From a virus: a DNA stretch of 43,994 bases. The position numbers and the translations under genes were made by a program. The notes below the pieces were generated by a model. That model did not search any database. It was given only the letters and a program-made list of their open reading frames with translations, and was not told where the DNA came from. Positions 16,945 to 24,740 of this stretch are shown piece after piece; positions within the stretch are counted from its first letter, which is position 1; every line of letters starts with the position of its first letter. Where the stretch lies: the IMG/VR virus record IMGVR_UViG_3300046780_000195, positions 1 through 43,994 of that record, one strand, 5' to 3'.

Positions 16945-17750
16945 CAGTCTGCTGCCTGCGGGCCATGCACGGCCTCCGCGATCATGTCCTTGTGGATGCC
17001 CTCGGCGCCGACGACACGCGGCGTCTTGGCAAACGGGATCACCGGCTTGGGTTCTTCCTTGTGCAGCTCGGTAACGACAGCGGCGTCGACCTCGGCACGC
17101 ATGGAGAGGGCTGCTTCGTCATCGACATGCTCATGGCCGAACTCGAAGATGCCGACATGGCGGACCTGTTTGGACAGGTCGTGGTCGATGAAGATGTCGA
17201 AGCCATAGCGTCCGGCGTTGATGCAGAAATAGATGTCCTCGCCCAGGGTGGTATGGTTCTTGACCGAATACTGGAACCAGAACATCGGCACGTCGGGCTT
17301 GTCGAGCTTCTTGAACACTGCCGCCGAGGTCAACATACAGCCCATCGGCGCACCCGTGACCCTCTCCAAGCCAGTCGAAGCCGCAAGCGTCGGAACGCGC
17401 CGCCAGAGTTTGCCGTCGTCTGTGAGCTGGAATGACACCGGCTCAGGAGGAACCTGTCGGGTGACATAGTTCGCGCAGACGATGTCCTTCTGGTGGGCCA
17501 GAAGACGAATCAATGTGTCCTTGGGGAAACGCATGTCCGTGTCGAGCCACAGTATGTGAGCGCAGCCCTCCGACATCGCCTCACGCACGAGATCAATACG
17601 CTGGTTGAAGATCATCGTGCCCTTGCTGACGTAGGATGCCAGTTCGATGTCGGGCCGATGGGCACAGGTGAAGCCGATCATGTTCGCCATATCGAAGGCG
17701 AAGCCGGTATCGACGATGTCCCGTGCCGGGCTCACCACAGCAAGTTTCAT
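16944..17750 (-). CDS. GT-A fold glycosyltransferase (GT2-like)
   Basis: MKLAVVSPARD… then ILWLDTDMRFPKDTL (DxD) … IVCANY … GAPMGCMLTSAAVFKKL … LGEDIYFC… follows the order of GT2-type motifs. Confidence 0.65.
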   Translation of the reverse strand: MKLAVVSPARDIVDTGFAFDMANMIGFTCAHRPDIELASYVSKGTMIFNQRIDLVREAMSEGCAHILWLDTDMRFPKDTLIRLLAHQKDIVCANYVTRQVPPEPVSFQLTDDGKLWRRVPTLAASTGLERVTGAPMGCMLTSAAVFKKLDKPDVPMFWFQYSVKNHTTLGEDIYFCINAGRYGFDIFIDHDLSKQVRHVGIFEFGHEHVDDEAALSMRAEVDAAVVTELHKEEPKPVIPFAKTPRVVGAEGIHKDMIAEAVHGPQAAD

Positions 17751-18083
17751 TCAGATGCTCCCAGGGCGTGTGCGTAACTTGCGATAGTCGATGTCGTTCA
17801 GGACGGTTTTCAGCCGCTTGCGTAACTCCCCGTCATCCAGCGTGCTGCCGTCCGGTGCGACTACCCCGGACATCACGAGATCGGCGAAGAACACCATTGG
17901 GATGGAAGCGACCTTGGTGAACTCGCCCCACCGTCCATGGTCGCCGTTGTACTCGGCCTGATTCATGTCGAGGATCGGCGTCACTTCCTGGTCGGCGCCA
18001 TAGGTCGTGATGCCGGTTTCCTCGTCGGTATCAACCCAATGAGAGATGCCGCTTTCAGAATCGTGGTCGAGGTACTGTTTCAT
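17751..18083 (-). CDS. hypothetical protein (110 aa)
   Basis: Start MKQYLDHDSESGISHW at 18083. The longer track ORF (to 18497) overlaps the HNH gene in another frame and crosses the terminator hairpin. Confidence 0.55.
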   Translation of the reverse strand: MKQYLDHDSESGISHWVDTDEETGITTYGADQEVTPILDMNQAEYNGDHGRWGEFTKVASIPMVFFADLVMSGVVAPDGSTLDDGELRKRLKTVLNDIDYRKLRTRPGSI

Positions 18084-18091
18084 TGACCTTC

Positions 18092-18136
18092 GGAAAAAGC
18101 CCGGTGGAGGAGGGAGAAAGCGGCTCCCCCACCGGG
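18092..18136 (-). terminator. intrinsic terminator downstream of capsid + HNH
   Basis: The minus strand reads CCCGGTGG-GGGAG-ccgcttt-CTCCC-tcct-CCACCGGG-CTTTTTCC. That is a GC-rich stem of 8 + 5 bp followed by a T-run, 24 nt after the HNH stop. Confidence 0.7.
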
Positions 18137-18159
18137 AAGTTGGGACACAGTTAGGCAAA

Positions 18160-18660
18160 TCATGAAAGATGCTTCCAATAACGACCATTTCTAGTGTGAC
18201 GAATGGTCGATTTGGAAACACCATATTTTTGCGCCAAAAAGCGTGTGGCAACTTTACTGGCGCGGATTTCCAATACCTGTTCTTCCGTAAGAACTGTCTT
18301 GGAACAATTGACTCCGCGAGCGGTGCGTTGACGATCTTCGCGGTCGGCAATGTTGTTGAGTTGAGTGCCAATTTCCAAATGATCTGGGTTAATGCATGAT
18401 GGAATATCGCAGCGATGCCGCACAACACTACCCTCTGGGATAGGACCACAATGAAGCTTGTATGAAACGCGATGAACGCGATCAGCCATACGTCCATCCC
18501 AAATCATTCCATAACCATCCTCATTGACATTCCCCGTCCATAACCAACAGCCGCTGTTTGGCTCGGGACTTACCCTGTCCATCAACCGATCAAGTAGAGG
18601 TCCGCGCACTAAACTCTCCTTGGTGAAATCGCGGGACCAGCTTACTCTCTGGCCCCGCAA
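18160..18660 (-). CDS. HNH homing endonuclease (HNH_3 type with C-terminal HTH), copy 1 of 3
   Basis: SGCWLWTGNVNEDGYGMIW…RVHRVSYKLHCGPIPEGSVVRHRCDIPSCINPDHLEIGTQLNN, then an HTH-like LTEEQVLEIR…YGVSKSTIRHTRNGRYWKHL. It looks visibly AT-richer than its flanks. Confidence 0.85.
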   Translation of the reverse strand: MRGQRVSWSRDFTKESLVRGPLLDRLMDRVSPEPNSGCWLWTGNVNEDGYGMIWDGRMADRVHRVSYKLHCGPIPEGSVVRHRCDIPSCINPDHLEIGTQLNNIADREDRQRTARGVNCSKTVLTEEQVLEIRASKVATRFLAQKYGVSKSTIRHTRNGRYWKHLS

Positions 18661-18675
18661 CCTTCAATTGTGCAC

Positions 18676-19662
18676 TTAACTTGTGGTGCAATCTGCGATA
18701 TTGGCGAACGCCCGCTGGTTGCGGACCTTCAATGCGTACTCGACGATCAGCATCGTCTTGTCGGCATCGCCGGTCTTGGCCATCGGAATGCTCTGGAACG
18801 GACGAAGGTAACTCACCCCCGCCATGCTCTTGTCCACCAGATAGATGTCGGTCTCCGGCTGGAAGCGGTTTGGAACGATCGAGATCGTACCGAAGTCACT
18901 GACGTACACATCCGCCGCACCGATGATCTGGGCCTGCCGGCCGGCCGGAACGTCACGGAAGCGCGTGGCGATGCCGGTGAAGCCGGAGATGACCGTCTTG
19001 TTGAACGGACCGCACATGGCGAAGTCGGGAGAACCGCCCTGCGTCCATACCTTCTGGATCGCGCTCTTCAGCACGGTTTCCGTCGCCGTGCGTGCAGTCG
19101 TCGCCACCGCAGCAGTAGCCGGATAGCCGTCCGAAGACGAAGACATCACGGGCGCTCCACCAGCGGTGCCGTTGCCGTTGATGTAGTTGGTGATGATCCA
19201 CGCCCCGAGGCCTGCCGTCTGGCGAGCCACGGTGTTGTTGCCGACCACTGCCGCCTGCAGGCCGGTCAGCGTGCTTTCTAGGTCGCGCTTCAGTTCGTTG
19301 GCGGCCTTGGCGAGGTTGTAGGCCTTGGCAGACCTCATACCGGCCTTGTTGGAGGCTTCGAGGGTTCCCGTCACGGCCACGATCTTGCGGCTGATCTGGG
19401 TGTAGTTGCCGACGCGATTGGTGGTCGCGCGTGTATCGGCGGTGGAGACGATGTCGTCGCCTTCAAGCTGCGCGTTGGTCGTGACCGCCGCAGCAAGAGT
19501 GTCGGTCTGCCATTCCGTGAAGGTCTGGGCAGCCTTGTCGCGTCCGATATTGCTCTGGAAAGGAACGTCTACCGGACTGATGTTGTAGATGATGTCGGAA
19601 AGATCCTCACGTACCGACTTGGTATAGTCGTAGCGCGTGATGGTGTTGGTAACGATTGCCAT
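18676..19662 (-). CDS. major capsid protein
   Basis: Start MAIVTNTITRYDYTKSVREDLSDIIYNISPVDVPFQSNIGRDKAAQTFTEWQTDTL, preceded by GGAG. This N-terminal pattern is typical of podovirus HK97-fold coat proteins. The gene follows the scaffold gene. Confidence 0.75.
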   Translation of the reverse strand: MAIVTNTITRYDYTKSVREDLSDIIYNISPVDVPFQSNIGRDKAAQTFTEWQTDTLAAAVTTNAQLEGDDIVSTADTRATTNRVGNYTQISRKIVAVTGTLEASNKAGMRSAKAYNLAKAANELKRDLESTLTGLQAAVVGNNTVARQTAGLGAWIITNYINGNGTAGGAPVMSSSSDGYPATAAVATTARTATETVLKSAIQKVWTQGGSPDFAMCGPFNKTVISGFTGIATRFRDVPAGRQAQIIGAADVYVSDFGTISIVPNRFQPETDIYLVDKSMAGVSYLRPFQSIPMAKTGDADKTMLIVEYALKVRNQRAFANIADCTTS

Positions 19663-19678
19663 TTCTCGCTCCGGGGCC

Positions 19679-20662
19679 TCACTCGAAGACCCCCTGTTGC
19701 AGGAAGATATTGGCGGCGTCATCGACGCTGCCGGTTTGGGCGAGACGCTGTTTCAAGCGGGTGACTTCGGCGGGACGGCCGGGCGTGGCTGAACCTGCAC
19801 CGGGAGAAGCCGAACGTGGACCGCGACCTGCGACCGGGCGGGGCATCTGGGTCTTGGCAAGCTTGTCGAACTGCATCGCCTTGTAGAGGGCGAGCACGGC
19901 GCGACTGTCCCTTGCGTTGTCCAGTTCCTCGTCGGTCCAGCCTTCGCCTTTCGCATAGTCGCGAAGGTCGGAGATGGCTGCCTTGGCCTTGGTCTTGTCC
20001 TTCCACGCCGGGATCTTGTCGAGGACCTTGCGGTTTTCCTCTTCAACATACCGTTGCGTGGCTTCGTCCTGTTGCTGCTTCTGAAGGCCTGCGATGCGGG
20101 CCTGCTCTGCCTTGACGGCATTGAGCCGGTCCTGCTTCAGTTGCCAGGCCTGACGTTCAACCACGAACTTGAACTCGTCCTCGGCGCGCAGTTTTTCCCA
20201 GTCGGGTTCCGCTTCTCCGCTTCCAAGCTGAGAGGCGAGTTTGCCCAGTACCTCGGCGTATTGCGCGCGTTCCTGTTTCACCGCAGCCGCTTCGGCCTCA
20301 AGGGCCTTGCGCTCTGCTGCCATTGACTGGCTACGCTGACTGATCCACTTCTGGCCGGAATAGCCGCGTTGAAGCTCCTCAAGAGTGACCTGCTGTTCCT
20401 TGCCGTCGACCTTGACGGTGTAGAGCGGTTCCTGGGTTTGCTCTTCCTCGGGTTCTGCTTCCGACTCAGCTTCCGCTTCCTCGCCCTCGGCATCAGGTTC
20501 TTCAACCTTGGCCGGCGTCTCGGGCGGTTCGGCGGTCTCTTCCGCTTGCGCGGCCTCTTCCTTCTCGGGCTCGTCGTTACCCAGATTTTCATCGCGGGCG
20601 AGCAAGCCTTCGAGGGCACTGCTGGCATCTGCCAAACTCATGTCTGTGTTCGGGTCGGCCAT
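19679..20662 (-). CDS. scaffolding protein
   Basis: Highly acidic E-rich N-terminal third and a helical, coiled-coil-like composition. It lies between portal and capsid. Confidence 0.6.
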   Translation of the reverse strand: MADPNTDMSLADASSALEGLLARDENLGNDEPEKEEAAQAEETAEPPETPAKVEEPDAEGEEAEAESEAEPEEEQTQEPLYTVKVDGKEQQVTLEELQRGYSGQKWISQRSQSMAAERKALEAEAAAVKQERAQYAEVLGKLASQLGSGEAEPDWEKLRAEDEFKFVVERQAWQLKQDRLNAVKAEQARIAGLQKQQQDEATQRYVEEENRKVLDKIPAWKDKTKAKAAISDLRDYAKGEGWTDEELDNARDSRAVLALYKAMQFDKLAKTQMPRPVAGRGPRSASPGAGSATPGRPAEVTRLKQRLAQTGSVDDAANIFLQQGVFE

Positions 20663-20910
20663 CAGATTCTCCTTACGGCCCGCTGGCTCTGCCAGGCGCG
20701 GACCTTTTCTTCATCGGTGAGCGAAGTGATCTTCACGTTGACGAGGCGAATGGCGGTCAAAAGATGCCAGCAGCGTTCGCGTTCCTCGGTCTGGGGAGCG
20801 ATCTTCCATTGCTCGATCACATCTTCTTCCAGGCGCCGCAGCACTTCGGCCAGCGTGCCATTGGTCGCCAGCGCCTTTACATTGGAGATGAACTCGATGT
20901 CTTCGGTCAT
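20662..20910 (-). CDS. hypothetical protein (82 aa)
   Basis: Track ORF with overlapping start and stop with the portal and scaffold genes. Confidence 0.5.
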   Translation of the reverse strand: MTEDIEFISNVKALATNGTLAEVLRRLEEDVIEQWKIAPQTEERERCWHLLTAIRLVNVKITSLTDEEKVRAWQSQRAVRRI

Positions 20911-23246
20911 TGCACGGTCTCGGGCTGGGCCTGAGCGGCAAGGCGGGCGGACTCAACCTGGGCCTGCGCATCCATGGCGTTACCGTGATGATCGACGGCG
21001 GACTGCATCAGATTAGCGTGGTGATCGACCATGCCCTGCATCTGCGCAGTAGTAATAGCCTCGTCGCGGCTAATGAAGGCTTCCAACTGCGCTTCATTGA
21101 AAGAGCCGGTGGCGGCGATCTGCGCGACCGCCAGTTTGCTCGCATAATCGAGGCGCATCTTCATGGCGGCCTGCTGATGATCAAGCATCATCTGCTGGTT
21201 CTTCTGCTGGGCTTCGGCCTGGTTCTTCTGGGCCTGCACCTGAACCTTCTGCTGCTCGATCTGGGCCAGCATCATGGTCGGGTCCTGCTTCTGCGGCTGC
21301 TGCTGGGCGTGCTGCTGCAACTGCTGCGGCGTCACATCGCCGAAGAACTTGGTTTCGTCCTTGAAGCCCGCCAGATGGCACATCTCGGCAAGGGTCTCGC
21401 GGTACTTGTCCACGGGAGCGAGAGGATTATCCGGTCCCAGAAGCTGGATGATCTGTTCCTGCTTGCCGGCGACCTGAGCAAGGAAGGCGAGGCTCTGCTG
21501 GTCGGTGCCGCGTCCCAAAGCGACGTTGGGCACGCAATCGAGGTCGGAGTCCCAGAAGCGCGGGTCCATCTCGACGAACTTGTCCCTGAGCCGGATCATC
21601 CGTGGCTTGTCCTGATGCCTCACCACCATGCGGTAGATGCCCTTCATCAGGCGTTTCATGCCGTTGTCGGCGAACAGGCGGGCAATCATCTCCTTGCGGG
21701 CTTGTCCGGCCTGCACGGCGGCATTCACCGCGGTCGGCGTCGTGCTCTGGAGCGCGTCGGCGTCGAGGCCGTTGGCGCCGGCATTGATTCCCGTCCGGTT
21801 CTCTTTCACCTGGTCGAGGTACTGGATGACCGGGAGGGCATATTGACCCTGGAACGGCGTGTCGAGGCTCTGCACCATGCCGGGCTGTCTTGCCCTGATG
21901 ATGTTGCCGATCTCGTTGTTCATCACGTCGTCGAGATTGACCTGCCCCTCGACAACGACCGTTCTCGGGTTGATGGACTGCTTGAGGCTGTCGAGGGTGT
22001 CGCGAACAACTGCCGACTTGATGAGCTGCAAATCCATCGTCTGGTCGGCGACTGACTGACCGATCAGAAGATGAGGCGTCGGGTCGGGGCAGAAGACGGC
22101 AAAGGGAACCTCGTCGGCTACTTCGTCGAAGAGGATGTGCGGGCCGATGGAACAGACCTTGCGTAGTTCAGCAATTCCGTCGCCGTCGCGGTCGATACGT
22201 ATCCATGACTCGACGTATACGAAACGCTTGAGCGCGCTGTTCGGACCGGTATCACGCGAGAAGATGTTGATAGCAGGGTTGCGCGTAATTGCCTCAAGGT
22301 TGGTGAGGTAGTAGCTGTCGTCGGAGTTGCTGATGTTCTCGACTTCATCGGCGTCATACCCCATGTCGATCAGTTGGGAGACCGTTTTGAGGCTGCGATG
22401 ACCGATGTAGCGGCTGGTATCGAGGTCGCGGGTCTCGCGGTCGATCAGGAACTCCTCGGGAGGAATGCACTCAAGAACGACACGCTGCTTCTTGCGCTTC
22501 CTTCGTATCCGCACGTCGTAGACGACCTCGGCGGGCACGATGACGTTGCCGTTCATCGATACAGCCTCGGTTTTCGTCACCGGCTCGGCCTCGATGATTT
22601 CGAGGTCTTCTTCCCTTTGCAGCAGGAGAAGCTGATCGTGGCTGATGCCCGAGTAGTCCGCTTCAGTGACTTCGATGTCGTCGGACCAGTGCCACTTGAT
22701 GACGCCGGTTTTCACCGTCAGCGCGTCCTTCAGGCAGTTGTGGAAGATCTCGAAGCCCGCGTTGTCGTTCCAGAAGATGTGATTCACATAATCGGTCGCC
22801 TGATCGGCCTGTTCCACCGTCTTTGAGTTCGAGGGAATGAACTGCACGATCGTCGTGGTCTGGGTGAAGATCCTCAGCAGGTCGGGGATGATGGCCAGCA
22901 CGGTATCGCGCACTTCGGTCATCACCACTTCGGAACGGCCTTCCTGCTCGTTGCCGAACAGTCTTCCAAGGTAGTAGGCCTGTGCCAATGCCCGGTCGGG
23001 AGCGATGTAGCCGTCGATGAACAGCATGGCGTCGCTGATCGTGCCATGGACCTGCAGGCCGAACTCGTAGTCGTCCATCAGGTGACGCGGACCTTTGGGG
23101 GCACTGTTGAGGACGCCGACACCCTTGGGCTTTCCTCCCGCACCGGAGTTGTCCTTGCCGGGGTCGCCCGGAAGCTCAAGGTTCTCGGCAGGCCGCATGT
23201 GGTAGCGGCCGCCGCCCATGGCTTTGGGTGTGCCTATGTCCGCCAT
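20907..23246 (-). CDS. portal protein with long Gln-rich helical C-terminal extension
   Basis: 779 aa. The motif …AQAYYLGRLFGNEQEGRSEVVMTEVRDTVLAIIPDLLRIF…DQATDYVNHIFWNDN… matches conserved portal wing/stem motifs. The gene lies downstream of terL. Confidence 0.8.
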   Translation of the reverse strand: MADIGTPKAMGGGRYHMRPAENLELPGDPGKDNSGAGGKPKGVGVLNSAPKGPRHLMDDYEFGLQVHGTISDAMLFIDGYIAPDRALAQAYYLGRLFGNEQEGRSEVVMTEVRDTVLAIIPDLLRIFTQTTTIVQFIPSNSKTVEQADQATDYVNHIFWNDNAGFEIFHNCLKDALTVKTGVIKWHWSDDIEVTEADYSGISHDQLLLLQREEDLEIIEAEPVTKTEAVSMNGNVIVPAEVVYDVRIRRKRKKQRVVLECIPPEEFLIDRETRDLDTSRYIGHRSLKTVSQLIDMGYDADEVENISNSDDSYYLTNLEAITRNPAINIFSRDTGPNSALKRFVYVESWIRIDRDGDGIAELRKVCSIGPHILFDEVADEVPFAVFCPDPTPHLLIGQSVADQTMDLQLIKSAVVRDTLDSLKQSINPRTVVVEGQVNLDDVMNNEIGNIIRARQPGMVQSLDTPFQGQYALPVIQYLDQVKENRTGINAGANGLDADALQSTTPTAVNAAVQAGQARKEMIARLFADNGMKRLMKGIYRMVVRHQDKPRMIRLRDKFVEMDPRFWDSDLDCVPNVALGRGTDQQSLAFLAQVAGKQEQIIQLLGPDNPLAPVDKYRETLAEMCHLAGFKDETKFFGDVTPQQLQQHAQQQPQKQDPTMMLAQIEQQKVQVQAQKNQAEAQQKNQQMMLDHQQAAMKMRLDYASKLAVAQIAATGSFNEAQLEAFISRDEAITTAQMQGMVDHHANLMQSAVDHHGNAMDAQAQVESARLAAQAQPETVQ

Positions 23247-23395
23247 GGTTGCTCTTTCATTGTCCGGCTACGCTGGTCGATCTCGTCCCATTTGACGCGC
23301 CATTCCTGCCGGACCTCGGCCACCGCCGCGAGCAGGGCTTTCATCTCCTGCCGCTTGAGATGACGCTTCCAGGCAAGGATGTGGCTGTCGAACAC
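23234..23395 (-). CDS. hypothetical protein (53 aa)
   Basis: GTG start at 23395, abutting the upstream stop: VFDSHILAWKRHLKRQEMKALLAAVAEVRQEW… Only this part of track ORF 23234..23575 is free of overlap. Confidence 0.35.
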   Translation of the reverse strand: MFDSHILAWKRHLKRQEMKALLAAVAEVRQEWRVKWDEIDQRSRTMKEQPWRT

Positions 23396-23697
23396 TAGCT
23401 GAACACTTCGACGACGGTGGCGGTGCAGATCGCGGTGGCGACACCGTAGAGGGCACCCTGATAGATGCCGGCCTGGCTGGGGTCTCCCGAACCCCATTGA
23501 TCGAAGGGCTGGTTCAGCACGACGGGGAAGCCGCGTCCTGCTCCTGTCGTGGTTACGCCAGGGCCGCCGACCCACAGGGTTCCGGCGACCGGGAGGGCGA
23601 CCATGCGGCGGGAAGCGCCGGCATTGGCGGCGAGCAGGAGCTGGGCAACCGCCGTGGCGGTCACGATGCCCTGCGTGGTGGTCATCTGGTTGGCCAT
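23395..23697 (-). CDS. hypothetical protein (100 aa)
   Basis: Start MANQMTTTQGIVTATAVAQLL at 23697, with a 1-nt overlap with the upstream stop. It is the C-terminal part of track ORF 23395..23982. Confidence 0.5.
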   Translation of the reverse strand: MANQMTTTQGIVTATAVAQLLLAANAGASRRMVALPVAGTLWVGGPGVTTTGAGRGFPVVLNQPFDQWGSGDPSQAGIYQGALYGVATAICTATVVEVFS

Positions 23698-23987
23698 CAG
23701 ATGATCTTCCTGCGCTTCATGCCCGAGGCCATTCCCGCTTTCACGGTGGCGGCGTGCTGGGCAGGAGACTGCACGGCGGTCGTCTTGACCTTGTCGCCGA
23801 GGGCACCCGCCATCGGAGCGCCGAAGCCGGGGCCGTTGCCCTTGGTCGAGCCCATGTCGGTCGGGTTGCCCCGAGGCATCAGGGTCTTGTGGTGCAGCAT
23901 GGCGGCGGGGCCGTGCATATTGCCGACGCTGTTGGGCTGCTTCTCGAACGCCGATTCGAGGCTCTTGAACTTGCTTGTCCACGCCAT
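23697..23987 (-). CDS. hypothetical protein (96 aa)
   Basis: Track ORF preceded by AAGGAG 8 nt upstream of the ATG. Confidence 0.5.
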   Translation of the reverse strand: MAWTSKFKSLESAFEKQPNSVGNMHGPAAMLHHKTLMPRGNPTDMGSTKGNGPGFGAPMAGALGDKVKTTAVQSPAQHAATVKAGMASGMKRRKII

Positions 23988-24000
23988 CAGATGGCTCCTT

Positions 24001-24165
24001 CTATCCTAGCCATGATTTCTTCCTCTTCTTCAGGATGCCGGTACCGGCGTCCGCCTGATTGAACTCTTTCGCCACCTTCTGCGGCACGCCGACCTTCTTG
24101 GCGAACTGCGGGTTATGTGCCGCCGCTGCCATCAGCCTTGCCTGTTTGGGCGACTTGCTGGGCAT
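24001..24165 (-). CDS. hypothetical protein (54 aa)
   Basis: Hand-read as MPSKSPKQARLMAAAAHNPQFAKKVGVPQKVAKEFNQADAGTGILKKRKKSWLG. It has a TAATG overlap with the upstream gene and fills an otherwise empty gap. Confidence 0.45.
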   Translation of the reverse strand: MPSKSPKQARLMAAAAHNPQFAKKVGVPQKVAKEFNQADAGTGILKKRKKSWLG

Positions 24166-24377
24166 TAGCCGAGCCAGCTCTTCTTGCCGTCGCTCTTGCC
24201 CATGTTCGGGTACTTGCGATGAACGGCGGCGCGGACGCGACCCTCGACGGCCTTGCCCGATGCTCTCGCAAGGGCGTTGCGGGCATGGCTCGCGTCCTCG
24301 ATCGGATACGAGCGATCAGGACCGGCGAAGTTCTTCGTGGCGATCTTCTTGCGACCGGCGGTGGTCAACTTAGCCAT
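24165..24377 (-). CDS. hypothetical protein (70 aa)
   Basis: Start MAKLTTAGRKKIATKNFAGPDRSYPIEDASHARNALARASG at 24377. This is the internal part of track ORF 24165..24491. Confidence 0.5.
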   Translation of the reverse strand: MAKLTTAGRKKIATKNFAGPDRSYPIEDASHARNALARASGKAVEGRVRAAVHRKYPNMGKSDGKKSWLG

Positions 24378-24567
24378 CGCGGAAGTCCTCTTCGGAGTAG
24401 GTGCCAACATCCCACTTAGCGCCAAACGTATAGGCTTCCTGTATCTGAGGCGCGGTTGCAGTGGGTGCGATGCCAGCAGGCTGCATGGCAAGCGCGCGTT
24501 CCAGGGCCTCGACCCGCTGCTTGAGGTCGGCCACGAGGTCGCTGAGATGGACGACTTCCTCGACCAT
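24370..24567 (-). CDS. hypothetical protein (65 aa)
   Basis: Track ORF with a helical N-terminus (LVADLKQRVEALERALA). It is coupled to both neighbours. Confidence 0.5.
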   Translation of the reverse strand: MVEEVVHLSDLVADLKQRVEALERALAMQPAGIAPTATAPQIQEAYTFGAKWDVGTYSEEDFRDG

Positions 24568-24740
24568 CAGCCGGGCTTTCCGGTGCCGCCCTTCTTGGGC
24601 ATTGCCATCTTGCCGCCCTTCGGTCCCTTGGCACTGACGTTGTTGGGCTGCGGGGTCATCACGCGGCGGGTCTCGCCCGAGCGACCGCCGCTCATGCCGG
24701 ACGTGTTCATCTTCTCGCTCGAAATGTTCTTGGCAGACAT
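24567..24740 (-). CDS. small basic Gly/Lys-rich protein (57 aa)
   Basis: Start MSAKNISSEKMNTSGMSGGRSGETRR… at 24740, forming an ATGA overlap with the terL stop. Confidence 0.45.
   Translation of the reverse strand: MSAKNISSEKMNTSGMSGGRSGETRRVMTPQPNNVSAKGPKGGKMAMPKKGGTGKPG

Noticed and set aside
17751-18497. 248-aa track ORF extending the 110-aa gene upstream through the terminator hairpin and into the HNH gene.
   Set aside because: The upstream 138 codons overlap the well-supported HNH gene in another frame and cross an intrinsic terminator. The start at 18083 is adopted instead.
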